DNA from: Octopus sinensis
Taxonomy: Eukaryota
NCBI RefSeq assembly: GCF_006345805.1
Contig: NC_043001.1
Location: forward strand, 7,068,001 to 7,132,000
Direction: 5' to 3'
Length of the DNA stretch: 64,000 bases
Shown piece by piece: positions 38,601 to 52,355 of the stretch. Numbering within the stretch: position 1 is the stretch's first letter; every line of letters starts with the position of its first letter. The notes beneath the pieces were generated by a model that made no database searches, was not told the origin of the DNA, and worked only from the letters and a program-made list of their open reading frames with translations. Both the position numbers and the translations under genes were made by a program.

Positions 38601-40931
38601 CATTGTTGATGATAATAACGTTTTGCAAGATTTATTTACATCCTACCGGCCTCTCCATATAATATTTTCCCCAAGCAACCGTCAATTTGAAAAGATAGAT
38701 AGATTTCAACATTTTCAAACTCTCACCTTGCTCTAAATATAAGTTACACCTTGGATAATTTCTCTCTGCTGTCTGGTGTTCGAGGTCAATAAATGCTGTA
38801 TTGACCTCCATTCAATATGAAACTTTGAAATTTAGAGAGAAAAAAAATTCTCATTTTCTACTAAATAGAAAAAAAATGTCATAAATATTGAACACAATGC
38901 ATTTTGTCACGAAATATTACTTAGGAATCGCAACCACTTCCATTGCCGAGTATTTCTATTGAAATAATCTAGTTATGCATCTGATCTCATTTTAATGGAA
39001 TATTTGATATAATTTAGAAAGATACTCCACTCTAGCACCTAGGTAATTGCGGTCGAAACTTCTCAATTATAAGGAAATGTAGATGTCAAATACAAAGTGA
39101 CAATGGCAACCTTAGAACTAAAAGTTGATCTCATTCTACGCCTGAAAGTAAAGTCTCACAAAACATCTTACTTTGACCCGGTCTAAGCGTAAAAATATAG
39201 GAACAGAAATTGCTAGAGAACAAAGCTATCAGTTTCTCATCATGAAAATGACACCTTTTATGCTTGCTGTTTATAATTCTCACTAATAGAGTAAAAGTGT
39301 GGTAATTCTATTAAGTGGTGAATCCTGAATGCATGTTGCATGCGTTCACAGATATATATATATATATTATATACTTCCTCAATGGTGTTAAATATAACGT
39401 GTGTCAATATCTATTAACGTTTGTGAGATTATTTATTGGAATAAAACAAAAAAGTTTCCTTCAAACAAGGCGCTCATTGCATATTTGCAAGTAGGAAAAT
39501 TTTTATATATAATCAATAGAGACAGCAATATGGCAGTCTGTTTAAGTACATCACATGTAACATCACATGTAACGATGTTAGATTCAACTACGTGACATCT
39601 TGAGCACGTGACTTGTCACAAAGATTTAGACTGACTTATGTCTAGTAAATGTAATTTATGTGATGAACGGTCGTCATATATGTATATAGGTATGTATATC
39701 AGTATATGTTTATGTATGCACGAATATATGATTATAAGTAGGCTGTAAGCGTACGGATGTGTATCTTAAGGGGAAACGATGTAAATATCTTCCAGAAAAT
39801 AGCCAATAATTCGTTATGTCTTTCGAACGCCTAATGTAGATTTTTTTTCCCGCACGGCTTGGAGAAATTCTATAGGTTGAACATTTGAAAAAATATAGCT
39901 GATAGGTACACTTTACACCAAATTCATAACTCAATTATGAAATAAACTTACCAATTTTAGTGAAGTTCATATAGTAAGGAGAAAATTAAGCTGCAGTGTT
40001 TTGAATAAACAAATTAAATATTTAAAATACCACATAAAATTTCTAGGACTGAATATGTTTAATTAGGTGAAAATTAACGTTGGTCAAAATGTGTATGGAA
40101 AGAATTCTCTCGTATTTGCGCAAAATCAATTAATTGAAAAGCCGGTGCCGCTCTTATAAATGTAAACCTCTTCATAGAATGCCTTACTTCATACATCCAT
40201 TCATTCTTCTCGTGTATACCCAGCTATCACTCGCGAGTAAATATAAGTTGGTCATATGTTTCATAATTGTATCAACGATTTATTCGCCTGTATAGTTAGG
40301 AGCAGATATAGAATCTCTCGTACGCCTCGCAACTTCATTCGCGGGAATATCAAAGGAAGATCAGCTGGTGAAACGTACGCATGTACGAGCTATCGATTGG
40401 TATTCAGATCTACCTCTTAAGTCATTTTATCAATTGGTCTTATTCTCCTATATTACCAGTTCATGTTCTAATACTGGAGTTTGCATAGATTATTTGTCTA
40501 AGAAAAACTTTGTCTTCTCAGACTATGGAAACATATAACATTTACAAAATTTCTCTGATTGCACATTGGTAAATAGTACCCGAAATTATGTATAACGTAT
40601 GTATAATGTGTCTAACCTAAAATAAAGCGGGAGAGAGTCAGAGGTCACAATTTTGTCTATTCGTTATACCGCGTAGACATGTTAAGTGTTACATAATATC
40701 AACAATACTGTTACTAAACGCACACATAATTGCATCACCCAAATTGTAACCGTTTAATCCTTAATTGTTACATATAACTATATCTTCTTTTTTTTTTAGA
40801 TAAAACGGCTTTACAAATTCAGAATTGACAGAAAATTGCATATGTCGGTTGCAAGATAATAAACATACGGTTGTGATGATATTGACACCACACACAATCA
40901 AACACGCACACACACGCACACACACACACAC

Positions 40932-40968
<37 letters not shown>

Positions 40969-41000
40969 CGGTTAAATCTTCCATCTGTAAAGTCATCACA

Positions 41001-41200
41001 AAAACTGTTACCCAGACTTTCACGTTCCCGTTCGACGGACTGATTTGTTTCTCAAGCAAAACTGTCGGACGAACAGGAACGTGAAACACTGAGTAACAGT
41101 TTCTTTTAATGTCTTTGCAGCTTCATTAATAAAGCATATTACTCTACCTGTAGTATTCGAGTACTAATTTTTCCCACCTTGTTTCACATTTATGTACTTA
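41001..41200 (+). mobile_element. Miniature non-coding PLE derivative: back-to-back inverted hammerhead remnants (41001-41043 -, 41058-41102 +) plus 3' tail
   Basis: AAACTGT-CGGACGA-ACAGGAACGT-GAAA-CACTGAGTA-ACAGTTT; the tail AATAAAGCATATTACTCTACC..CCACCTTGTTTCACATTTATGT is shared with 29750-29830 (-). Confidence 0.75.
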
Positions 41201-41273
41201 ACTATATACATATATAGATACAAATATATTTATGCACAAACATGCATCTCTCTCTCTCTCTCCCTCTCTCTCT

Positions 41274-41333
<60 letters not shown>

Positions 41334-42307
41334 ACGAACATAGACACGCACGCACGTACACACATATAAATATTTTTGTGCGAATCCACTATTATATGCA
41401 AACATGGACTCATATTGCTTAAAGTGTTAGTATTTGATAATGTTTACTTTCATATACAACGGTTATTTGTGTGTATCAATATTTTATGTGTGTATGTGGT
41501 TATATATGTGTTGATCTATCCATTTATATATCTTTATACACATTTGTGTTTGCGTGTGTGTAGATAAGTGTATACACACATATTCGTACACGCAGACGCG
41601 CATACAAGCATTTATATATACGTGTGTACGTGTGTGAGAATGTGGTTGTATGATTGTGTGAGTGTGTAGTTTTTCGTGAGTATGGAGGAGTGTTTGTGAT
41701 TGTAGGTTTGAGATTATGCCAAAAAAATTACATTCTCCTCTGATGAGGATTAACGGATGTTTATATATACGCCTTTATTTTATTCAAAATTCCTTTAATC
41801 TCTTATCAAAGAAAATCCTTCTTCAACCGAAAACATTTATTTTCTAAAAACATTGAATAAAAGAAAATTAAAATATATAATAATTTCACTTAATTTTTGA
41901 AGTAATTTTTAGAATTTTTTTCTACTGAGATTTTCAGTTAATCCTTCAAGTATTCCTGTCGGATTTTCTTGGGAAATGAAAGACTATATTAAATATCGTT
42001 TATTCATCTAACTTCTATTCCGTAATATTAATGACAATATCCTTTTCTAGAAAGAGGTTACAGGAGAATTTAATGAAAGAAAAGTTGTGATTAGCAGTGT
42101 CATGATTTAATTAGTCATTCAGTTATAAAATGTTCCATCATTATAATTGGACAGCAGATTTTTTTTTATTCCTCAATCAGTAAATGATTAAGTACGTTTT
42201 CAAATTTAATCGCCTCAAATTGTAAACTCACATGGAATTGACTATGATGTGAAAATTTGAAATATCTGATCCTATATATATATATATATATAAAATAAAT
42301 AAAATGC

Positions 42308-42355
<48 letters not shown>

Positions 42356-42561
42356 GTATGCATTTTATTGAAAAATAAACGCATTTTTAATTTTAATAAA
42401 AAACAATCATTATATTTAAAAATTGAATCGTTTGTATAAGTGTGTCTTCATACAAAACCATTTAAAATATATTTACATCATTCTACATGACATTAAGTCA
42501 TAATCACCGACTATGATTGTTGTTGTTGTTGTTGTTGTTGTTGTTATTATTATTATTATTA

Positions 42562-42611
<50 letters not shown>

Positions 42612-43429
42612 GCTAGTAGAAGTAGTAATAATATGAATATAATTTAGAAGCAAGTCAACTTCGTGGTAATTCAAAATTCATTCTTCTTTGAAATTCTCGG
42701 CAAATATTTGGAAGATTAAAATACCATTCTCAAAATCGTAACCAATATCATATCGGAAAGAGTGTCAATGATATGTATGTATGTATGTAAGTATGTATGT
42801 AACTATGTATGTATGTATCTACGTATTTAACAACTCAATCAATATATCCTGGCTATCCATTCAGTGGCCAGGTGCTCGCCACTGACGTTGAGCCAAGCAA
42901 CCCAAAACTGAGTAAGTCTCGGGATTCTGTATCTGCTAGATGATGGTTGGGCGTTGCTTCCCCTGCTAGCAATGCATATTGTATATAAAGGGTGGAACGT
43001 CGCACCGATAACCAGCTGGTGGACAACCTGACTGGGGTTAAACTAATAGCACCATGGAACAGCTACTTTCATGTGGCGAATGACTTACTTGTTAGTATAG
43101 TTACTGCTCTGATCTCTTCTTGAGATTTTACGACTAGCTATTTAGCAAGAAAGATCTTTACCAACAAAGCCGTGATATGATATTTCATACTAAAGGATGC
43201 AGTACAAAATAATATTCGTAATCCAGGTGAGAGGATAAGATTTTTACTTTCTACCCTAAAATTGTGCTTTGATTTAATACTACATCATTTCCTGAAATGT
43301 TCACATATAATAGTAAAACGTCGTACTCAGACTTTTCAGACAGTGGAACCCTCCAAAACTTTGCTTTTGTCAACTGGACATCAACATTTTGAAACTGACC
43401 TATATTATATTACATTTCAGACAGATTCA

Positions 43430-43590
43430 TGGGGGTATGTCGATTACGCCGACTCCAGTGTTCGGTTGGTACCTATTTTATCGATCCCGAAGAGATTAAA
43501 GGCACAGTCAACCTCGGTGGAATATGAACTCAGAATGTAAAGACAGACGTAATGTCTCCAAGCATTTTCCCCTGCGTGGTAACGATCCTG
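43430..43590 (-). mobile_element. Degenerate Nin/Deu-like SINE
   Basis: GTCGATTAC..GGTACCTATTTTATCGATCCCG..GTCAACCTCGGTGGAAT.TGAACTCAGAA. Confidence 0.65.
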
Positions 43591-44465
43591 CTGTGCGCCG
43601 CCTGAGTATAAACATTATATTCTTTTCTACTCTAGACACAATGCCCGAAACATTGGGGGAGGCGGCCAGTCGATTTGATCGACCCCAGTACGCAACTGGT
43701 ACTTAATTTTTCGACCTCTGTGTACTCAATACATTAATAACAATATTATCATAAATAAAATTATAAAACAGTGATAGCAAAATAATGCTAATGAGACAAA
43801 TATATACAAAGTTTAACATTCGAACTTTAGTTTTTTATAATGTTAATTAATTCAGTTTTGTCAAATACACTCTACTAATTAGTGTTTATCAAACAATATT
43901 TTCTAACTATCTATTAACTATTAATAGCATATATATACCAAGAAATCTAATACATGGCTCTTATTCCTGGTGAATGGGATATCATTAAATGATATTTGTC
44001 GAACGATAAACAAATATTGTTATATATCGTTTTGCGTGATATGTCAAGTGCAGGTCCTTTATAAATTTGAAATGTAGATATTTCGATGGAATCCAAATTG
44101 TTGAAATCAATACGTCTCTGAGTCTTCTAAACTCTGACCCTAGATATTATTGACATTGTGATTTATAAACTTACTAGAATCGTTAATGGTGTTCTTGGTA
44201 AACAATCTGCACAGCGAGAAAAAAATACCTTGCGCGTATATGATTATTATAACTCAATTCTAAAGTCGTTATCATGGAATGTTGTTCACGCACACACGCA
44301 CATTTACCCACTCCACTCTCTCACATACGCTTACTGATATATAAATAAATATATACTAGCGTGTCTATGTATGTATATATATGTTGTGTGTGTGTTTGAG
44401 TGCGTCTAATATACACATACACACACATACACAAACGCAGATATACACAAACACACGCACATATA

Positions 44466-45250
44466 TTAGGTCTTGAAGTATGAAATTTATAGAAAAGAAA
44501 AACGTTTGCTTGTGTTTTATAATACAAGGAATAGTTTTATTCATCAAAATGTGCACCCATATTGTCAATACACTTGTGCCATTTCCGCGGCAGCATGTCC
44601 AGCCCAGAATTGTAATAGCCTGGCAAACTAAATTCAATAAAATCTTGGAAGACCTGTTTCACAGCATTCTCAGCATTAATTATTTTTCCATTCAAAAACT
44701 TACCCAAATTCTGGAAGAAGCGGTAGTGAATGGGGGGAGATCAGGTTTATACAGTGGACGATGGAGAACTTCCAACTTGAACTCCAAATCCTGTTGTTTT
44801 GCCAACGTCATTTTTGAAATATGTTTGGCGAAATATGTCTTGCAATAAATAAGAAGTGGCTCTGTTGGTTAATCTAGGCTATTGTTTTCTGTATGTTTCT
44901 GCATCATTTGGTCCAGTTGACTGCAATACACGTCGGCCGTGATTGATGAACCACGTTTAATGAAATCAAAAAGGATCACACCTGCGCCAGACCACCAAAT
45001 ACACACCATCAGTTCTTTCGATGAATTTTGCTTTTTAGACTGTCTTGTAATTGTTCGTCTTTGTCCATCCATTGTGCTGAACGTTTGCGGTTGTTGTATT
45101 GGATCAATTGCTCATCACATGTTACAGTTCGATTGACAAAGGATTCATTTCTGTGACAAGAAAGTAGCATAACGAAGGACTCCAAAACTTGCTTTTTCTG
45201 ATTCTCATTTAGTTCATGTGGAATCCACTTATCCAACTTTTTCACTTTAC
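44466..45250 (-). pseudogene. Mariner transposase remnant with 3' TIR
   Basis: KWIPHELN, RTVTCDE, MVCIWW.GAGVILF, ITADVYCSQL, LHRPLYKPDL, YYNSGLDMLPRKWHKCID; TIR-like TATTAGGTCTTGAAGTATGAAAT at 44464. Confidence 0.9.
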
Positions 45251-45356
45251 TAATATCGACTCGACCGCGGATATACTGCCTGCGATGGATAAATTGTTGC
45301 TATAGTATATTTTTATTGTGAGCATGTGGATTGTTTGTTTTTTAGTTTGTTGACTA

Positions 45357-46119
45357 CACAGTGTAGCAGGGCCAGTTGGGCACAGTCTATGAGAAAAAAA
45401 CAGCACTATTAGGCAATTCACTCTGCCTAAAATTTATTGCTGTACTGCTTGGCTTTCGCGCCGGAATCTGCAATACGAACATTTCAGAGCATTTTGGTGC
45501 CAATCTGGGAACAGTGCAATCTGAAGACATGTACCGAGAGTGATAAATATCAAACATCCAGTCAACATCATGGTGTCTGGAGTGATCACTAGTGATGTCG
45601 ACATTATGCTATTATTTATCTTCTCACACGGCCTCAGACAACGCGGAGGTCTGCCTGGAGGAGATACTGCTGAGCTGGGTCAAGCGGGTGGCTGCCGGAA
45701 GACCCCAATGTCTGGCAACAGGACTCTGCAACATGCCACAGTCATAGCTGTGATCACATCATCACCAACATCTGGCCACCTAATTCCCCAGACTGCAACC
45801 GCCTTGGTTAATATGTATGGGTCGCAGTTGAGCGAGAAAGCAACAAAACTCCTTGCAACACCAAATATAAACTGAAGGCAAGGATTATGGCAGCATTTAC
45901 CAACTTAAACAAGAAGACCGTCCAGATGATTTGTGGGAGATTTAGAACTCTTGTGAATACCGTGGTTGAAGCCAACAGCGATTTTATTTAAAAGATTTAC
46001 TCTTTAGTATTTCAAGATATTTTTACGTAATTTTGGTAAATATATCTGTTAAATTGAAATGTCAACCTTATTTTCATTTTTGTATAATTTAGACGACAGT
46101 TTATTCACCGCACACTGTG
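45357..46119 (+). mobile_element. Internally deleted Tc1/mariner-superfamily (maT/DD37D-like) transposon with TIRs and TA flanks
   Basis: KHPVNIMVSGVITSD, WVKRVAAGRP.VWQQDSA, IWPPNSPDCN, VEANSDFIK; TA-CACAGTGT at the left end and ACACTGTG-TA at the right end. Confidence 0.85.
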
Positions 46120-46269
46120 TAGATATTTTCTTCAGACATTTTTCAGAAAATCTGCCTGTGATGTTGTATGGCTTTAGTTATTTTTCAAAGCTTGAGATGT
46201 GTTTGCGGTATTTATTCTTGAGTGAATCGTCAGTGGTACCTATGTACACATATAGTCCTTCTCCTGTGT

Positions 46270-46800
46270 GCACTGTGCATTTATATACGAAGTTGCGAGC
46301 CGTGCAGACATTACCGAGTGGGCAACTTGATTTGACCCTACACTAGCACTTATAACTGCCTGTTGTTTGTGACCGGCGGCTATAAACAAATGGTCATGCA
46401 GATCTCGTTACTTATCGCTTCGTGTACACTATGTTGTTGTTACGCGGGCTCCCGGGGCTACTTAGGAACTGGTTGTTATTATTTCCGGATTACTCCGTGC
46501 TATGTGTTCCTGTACATGTCCCTCCCTGGGGATAGTCGTCTAGGCATTGTCTACTGGATCATTAGTTGAGAGTGACCTCGGTGTATTGTTGGAGGCCTTG
46601 TTTAGTTTCCTGTTTTTGATTCTATGCAAATGCCGCTCCAAGTTGGATGAGGTTACGTAAGACACCTTCAAGCTACTCCTGTTAAATACGGAACGGTATT
46701 TGTGGGATTTCGGGATTTCGGCAAACACCTGTCCAATATTGCCTGGAACTATTTGGCGTTCTTCGAAGAAACATCGGATGCCTGGATCGGATTATACCAG
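46270..46800 (-). pseudogene. Nematis-like PLE internal fragment (region between RT and endonuclease)
   Basis: WYNP..ILDRCLP..SHKYRSVFNRSSLKVSY..CPLGNVCTARNFVYK parallels the element at 31 kb. Confidence 0.8.
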
Positions 46801-47329
46801 AGTACGCATATGTGTGTGCCTGTGTGTGTGCATGCACGTGAGTATTCATATGCATATATATATATTTTGAATGTGTATATATTTATGTGTGTGTGTGAAT
46901 GTATATCTGTATATGGCTGTAGATATGTATATAAGCATAAACGTATGTGTGTTGTCTGTGTGTAAAAGTAGGAGCAATAAATGTTACAGTGTTATTAACA
47001 CATTAAAATCACTTTGTAAAATGATTTCATTAGAAAACCAACATCTATATTGAATATGAATTATGGTTTCCAGATGCGTACAGATAACCAATATCTGATA
47101 TCTGATATATCTCACATAATAATATGACGACTTCTACCGTACATTTATTAATTATAATTTATTAAATGCGCTTACGGTATTAACATGGAAAACTTATATA
47201 TTATTTGCTGTGCTAGTTATTAAAATACATTGCTATCAATATGTCAACCATGGCAAATCGTTGATATATCACAGAAGCACGAGATATGCTTTAAATATTT
47301 GTGTGCAGCACTTTTATGTATGGCAGAGA

Positions 47330-48070
47330 ATAAGCTGGCAGAAACGTTAGCACGTCGGGCGAAGTGCGTAGCCGTATTTCGTCTGCCGTTACGTTCTGAG
47401 TTCAAATTCCGCCTAGGTCGACTTTGCCTTTCATACTTTCGGGGTCGATTAAATAAGTACCAGTTACGCACTGGGGTCGATATAATCGACTTAGTCCGTT
47501 TATGTGTTCTTGTTTGTCCTCTCTGTGTTTAGCCACTTGTGGGTAGTAAAGAAATAGGTATTTCGTCTGCCGCTAGGTTCTGAGTTCAAATTCCGCCGAG
47601 GTCGACTTTGCCTGTCATCATTTCGGGGTCGATTAAATAAGTACCAGTTACGCACTGGTGTTGATGTAATCGAATTAATCCGTTTGTGTGTTCTTGTTTG
47701 TCCCCTCAGTGTTTAGCCCCTTGTGGATAGTAAAGAAATAGGTATTTCGTCTGTCTTTACGTTCTGAATTCAAATTCGGCCAAGGTCGATTCTGCCTTTC
47801 ATATTTTCGGGGTCGATAAATTTAGTACCAGTTACGCACTGGGGTTGATGTAATTGACTTAATCCCTTTGTGTGTCCTTGTTTGTCGCCTCTATGTTTAG
47901 CCCTTTCTGGGCAATAAATAAACAAGGAACGTTAGCATGCCGGGCGAAATGCTTAGAGATATTTCGTCTTCTCTTTACGTTTTGAGTTCAAACTCCGCAG
48001 TGGTCAATTTTTTCCTTTCGTTCTTTCGCGGTCGATAAATAAGTACCAGTTGCGAACTGGGGTCGCTCTA
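47330..48070 (+). mobile_element. Tandem array of Nin/Deu-like SINE: one head, three 184-bp body repeats, then a second headed copy
   Basis: TATTTCGTCT recurs at 47375, 47559, 47743 and 47960. Confidence 0.9.
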
Positions 48071-48580
48071 ATAGACTGCCTAAAGTAAAATAAAAGACCA
48101 AGACTCTCAAGAAGTAATTACGAATCACTCCAAAGTGGGTTGAAAGTCAAGATGCTAAACATTAGTTCGTGTAAGAGATACACGAATAAACGGACGAGTT
48201 CTGAGGGCATCAAAGCTGAAACCAAGTAAATGGGGATTTAAATGACATCTGCTTTCTCTTTGCCATCGGAGGTTTCCCTGTGAACTTATCTCTCTCATTC
48301 ATAGTCTTTTTCTTTTTCTACCTCACTCTCTCTAAGACTCGCTTTCTCTCTCTTTCTCTCATTCATTCATTTTCTTATGATGTCTGCTAAGATTATTATA
48401 TCTGGTTCGTTTGAGAAGTTTAACCAACGGGGTATGCCATACGGCTGCAATGGTTATATGTTAGTTAGTAAGTGATAGAGCACAGGAACCGGGAACCGTA
48501 GAAAAACTCAAATATGACACAATTAAAAGTTGAACGAAATCGACGTATTAAAGTTACTTTACTTTCTGTCAGATATATAT

Positions 48581-48976
48581 ACTCTTTTACTCTTTTACTT
48601 GTTTCAGTCATTTGACTGCGGCCATGCTGGAGCACCGCATTTAATCGAGCAACTCGACCCCGGGACTTATTCTTTTGTAAGCCCAGTACTTATTCTATCG
48701 GTCTCTTTTGCCGAACCGCTAGGTAACGGGGACGTAAACACACCAGCATCGGTTGTCAACCAATGCTAGGAGGACAAACACAGACACACACATATATATA
48801 TATATACATATATACGACGGGCTTCTTTCAGTTTCCGTCTACCAAATCCACTCACAAGGCATTGGTCGGCCCGGAGCTATAGCAGAAGACACTTGCCCAA
48901 GATGCCACGCAGTGGGACTGAACCCGGAACCATGTGGTTGGTTAGCAAGCTACTTACCACACAGCCACTCCTGCGC
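48581..48976 (-). mobile_element. Full-length CORE-like tRNA SINE
   Basis: Reverse-complement equivalent of 25105-25503. Confidence 0.9.
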
Positions 48977-49072
48977 GTATATATGTATATATGTACGTAT
49001 ATATGTATATTTTTTTTTGGTTTCAGCTCAGAGCTGTGGCCATGCTGATGTACCGCCGTGTAATAAATTTAT

Positions 49073-49181
49073 GCTTACAGCACCTAGGTTTCCCAAGCGG
49101 TCACCTATCTAAGTACTAACTAGGCTCGATGTTGCTTAACTTCGGTGTTCGGACGAGAACCGGTGCTTTGAACGTGATATG
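49073..49181 (-). pseudogene. 5S rRNA-derived sequence lacking about 9 nt at the 5' end
   Basis: Reverse complement CATATCACGTTCAAAGCACCGGTTCTCGTCCGAACACCGAAGTTAAGCAACATCGAGCCTAGTTAGTACTTAGATAGGTGACCGCTTGGGAAACCTAGGTGCTGTAAGC has recognisable internal box A and box C regions with several substitutions. Confidence 0.9.
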
Positions 49182-49699
49182 TGTGTGTGAATGAGTGTTT
49201 GTATATAAATATATGTATATGTTTGTATTATTGTATGTATGTATATATGTATGTATACGGTAACAGGATACATACCGAAAGGCCAGTGTGGTTAATGGGG
49301 AAACTTCTGCTGCAAACCATGCGGAAGTGCCTGTTTATCAAGAGCTGGGTTCAAAAGTCACTAATACAAAAATGCGCACGTGCACACAGGTATATATTAA
49401 CACACAGAAACACACATATACATAAAGAGAGATGGAGAGAGAGAGAGATAGATAAACAGACAGATAAATTGATAGCGAGATAGATATACACATACATAGA
49501 TACAAAGATATATATATATATATGGATAAATAGATAGAAAAATACAGATATATAAGTATAAATATATTTATGTATGAGTATAAGGCTGTGGACGTCAGTG
49601 TGTGTGTGTGTGTGTGTGTATGCTTTTCTGTTTGCATGTGTGAGTGTGTGCTTGTGCACATATACGTATATGCGGGCACGGAGAAAGCGCGAAATCATT

Positions 49700-50400
49700 T
49701 TCTTAAAATCAGAATATAGCAACTAGATTATGTCTGAACGATGACACTCAGCTTCCAGCTTGGTTTCAAAACGCCTCTAAAACCTAGCGCAAGTGTCCCA
49801 CCCTATACCACTGGGACCACATCCTTCTGGTCACTAGATTCTGGCCATCATCCCAGCCTCTGTGTTGTAGGCAAAGCGGTTGAAATCTTTCCCAAACACA
49901 CCCCAAACATAATAAGCTTTGGAATTACAATCAAGGGAATTGGAAGGCTGCAAATTTGGTTTGATGCAACCGTAGACATTCTTCAACAACGAGTTCAACT
50001 GTTTACAGAAGAATGGTAAGATGCTGAATCCTGATGCCACTTGTATAAGAAATCTCTCCAGGCAGGGATTGACTATACACGTCGGCATCTTCATACGGCA
50101 TTGTAAACTGAGCCTAAGGTCCTGTTCAAAGACTTGGAGACGAATTTCTGTTTGCGGGAGAAAACAGAATGCCTACCGAGTCCACCCTATTGGAAACAGC
50201 TTCGTTGTCCCCGTAGCAGCTGTCCATGTCACGTCTTACAAACTTTTACAAACGTTTACAATATTCACTGAGTATTGAGCATAAGTCATGACGTTGGCAT
50301 TTCGATACCCTGCCAGGATTTTCATGACACGGGGAACTCGAAATGTAATCTTCATAATCTCTGGCTCCGTAGGCTGCTCACCAATACATCAAGCTGCTTT
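49700..50400 (-). pseudogene. Decayed maT/Tc1-like transposase
   Basis: QPSNSLDCNSKAYYVWGVFGKDFNRFAYNTEAGMMARI corresponds to WPPNSPDCN of the element at 45357. Confidence 0.7.
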
Positions 50401-50899
50401 AGAAAAAATCGGGAGAACTAAAATATCATCTATTTTGGCAATACATACATACATTCACAGAAACAAACGCATTCAAACGCACACACATGCACGTGAATAT
50501 ATATATATATATAGAGAGAGATAGATTGATAGATAGTCAGATAGATACATAGAAACATACACACACGCAGGCATAGATATAGAGAGATGTAAATATTCAT
50601 ACGTATTCTATTAAAGTTGTTTTGCTTCTGTCTTTCTTTTGGTGATATACAGCTGTATCGCAATGAAACAATATTATTCACTTATTTACTCTCTTTGTAA
50701 AAGAACAAACTATGTAATAATTGTCAAAGTCCTTTTATTTGCCAGCAGTAACAGTCAAATGAAAAGAAGATATATTTGTTATATCTAATTTAAAAAATAG
50801 GTGCTACTGATAACTATGCACACATAAGATGACCTATAGAAAGAAGCTACACGTTTGTAATTCAAATTATATATACATACATACATACATATATATATG

Positions 50900-50942
<43 letters not shown>

Positions 50943-51520
50943 TAAACTCAAGCCTCCTCTCTAAGTATAATTCGTTTATCTGTATGAAACTTAATTCAAA
51001 AGTATCGTAGCTAGGAAATACAATTACTTTTGTTGTAGCAACTTAATTTTCATGTTACAATTTTTAGATAACAGAATATAAAAGAAAAAAAAAACACTAT
51101 CAGAATAACATGACACGAAATTAAATTCCTACAATGGAATTAATATTAAAGTTTTGCTAAATGTTTTCACACAATAACAAAAATAAAGTACATTTTCATA
51201 TTGAAATATATTTTTTCACAAACTGATAATTTATTTCAGGATAAAAGTTAAATTCACTGGGGAAACAATGCCAATGCTAGAGTAATTTTCACCTTTTGTA
51301 AATAGGTAAAACAGTGAATATAAAAAAAAAAGTATAACAGGCTTTCAAAAGTATTCTGCCGAAGAATGGGCTTTATATTAAGGTCTCCCCCAACAAAAAC
51401 AAGAGGACATGGTTTAAAAAATATATACTTAATTGTACATGCGTCTGCCTGCATATATCTGTGTCAGAGTAAACGTATATCTGTGTATGCATAAACGCAC
51501 AAGTATATATGTATATATAT

Positions 51521-51580
<60 letters not shown>

Positions 51581-51840
51581 TTATTAGGAAATAAAAATTC
51601 TAGCATCACAGGGGTTCACATTATTCGCGATGAAGAAATATAGTATTTGGTATCGAACTATGATAAAGTTATTTAGAGGCCTGATGATTGGGGTTACATT
51701 TCAAGAAAGGTTCCTGTAAAACGCTGCGTGCTTAAGGAAACGTAAAAGAACCTCAAGAAACACATATAGCTGGGAAATGAGTAGTAAGTATTAAATTAGA
51801 GTATATGATGGGATGAAGGGGACTACTATCTCTAAATAAT

Positions 51841-51873
<33 letters not shown>

Positions 51874-52130
51874 TCACGCTTAGTGTTGCTGAAGTATGGA
51901 ACAAACTGCCGGCATCAGTAGTTAGTTGTCGGAGCACTGCATCCTTTAAAACTTCCATGCATCCTGAGATTCGCCAACACTACACCTGATATTCTCCTCT
52001 CCATACACACGTAAGCATGTGTCTGACTCATACATTGTTCACTTCCCAGACAATTGTACATTAATGCATATGCTTTATACGCACTCTGGACAAGTTGTGG
52101 TGAACCTGAGCACTGTATACAATAATTTGA
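51874..52130 (+). mobile_element. CR1/L2-group LINE 3' end
   Basis: FTLSVAEVWNKLPASVVSCRSTASFKTSM..HYT* followed by a short 3' UTR. Confidence 0.8.
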
Positions 52131-52134
52131 TTCA

Positions 52135-52322
52135 TCTTCTTCTTCTTCTTCTTCTTCTTCTCTTCTTCTCTTCTTTCTTCTTCTTTCTTCTTCTTCTTCT
52201 TCTTCTTCTTCTTCTTCCTTCTTCTTCTTCTTCTTCTTCTTCTTCTTCTTCTTCTTCTTCCTATTCTTCTTCTTCTTCTTTTCTTCTTCTTCTTCTTCTT
52301 GTTATTATTATTATTATTATTA

Positions 52323-52355
<33 letters not shown>
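52135..52355. repeat. (TTC)n(ATT)n microsatellite
   Basis: Read directly. Confidence 0.95.

Noticed and set aside
40296-40400. LGADIESLVRLATSFA resembling an AAA+ lid motif (NSF-like)
   Set aside because: Too short, and no Walker A/B or other AAA exons were found in the window.
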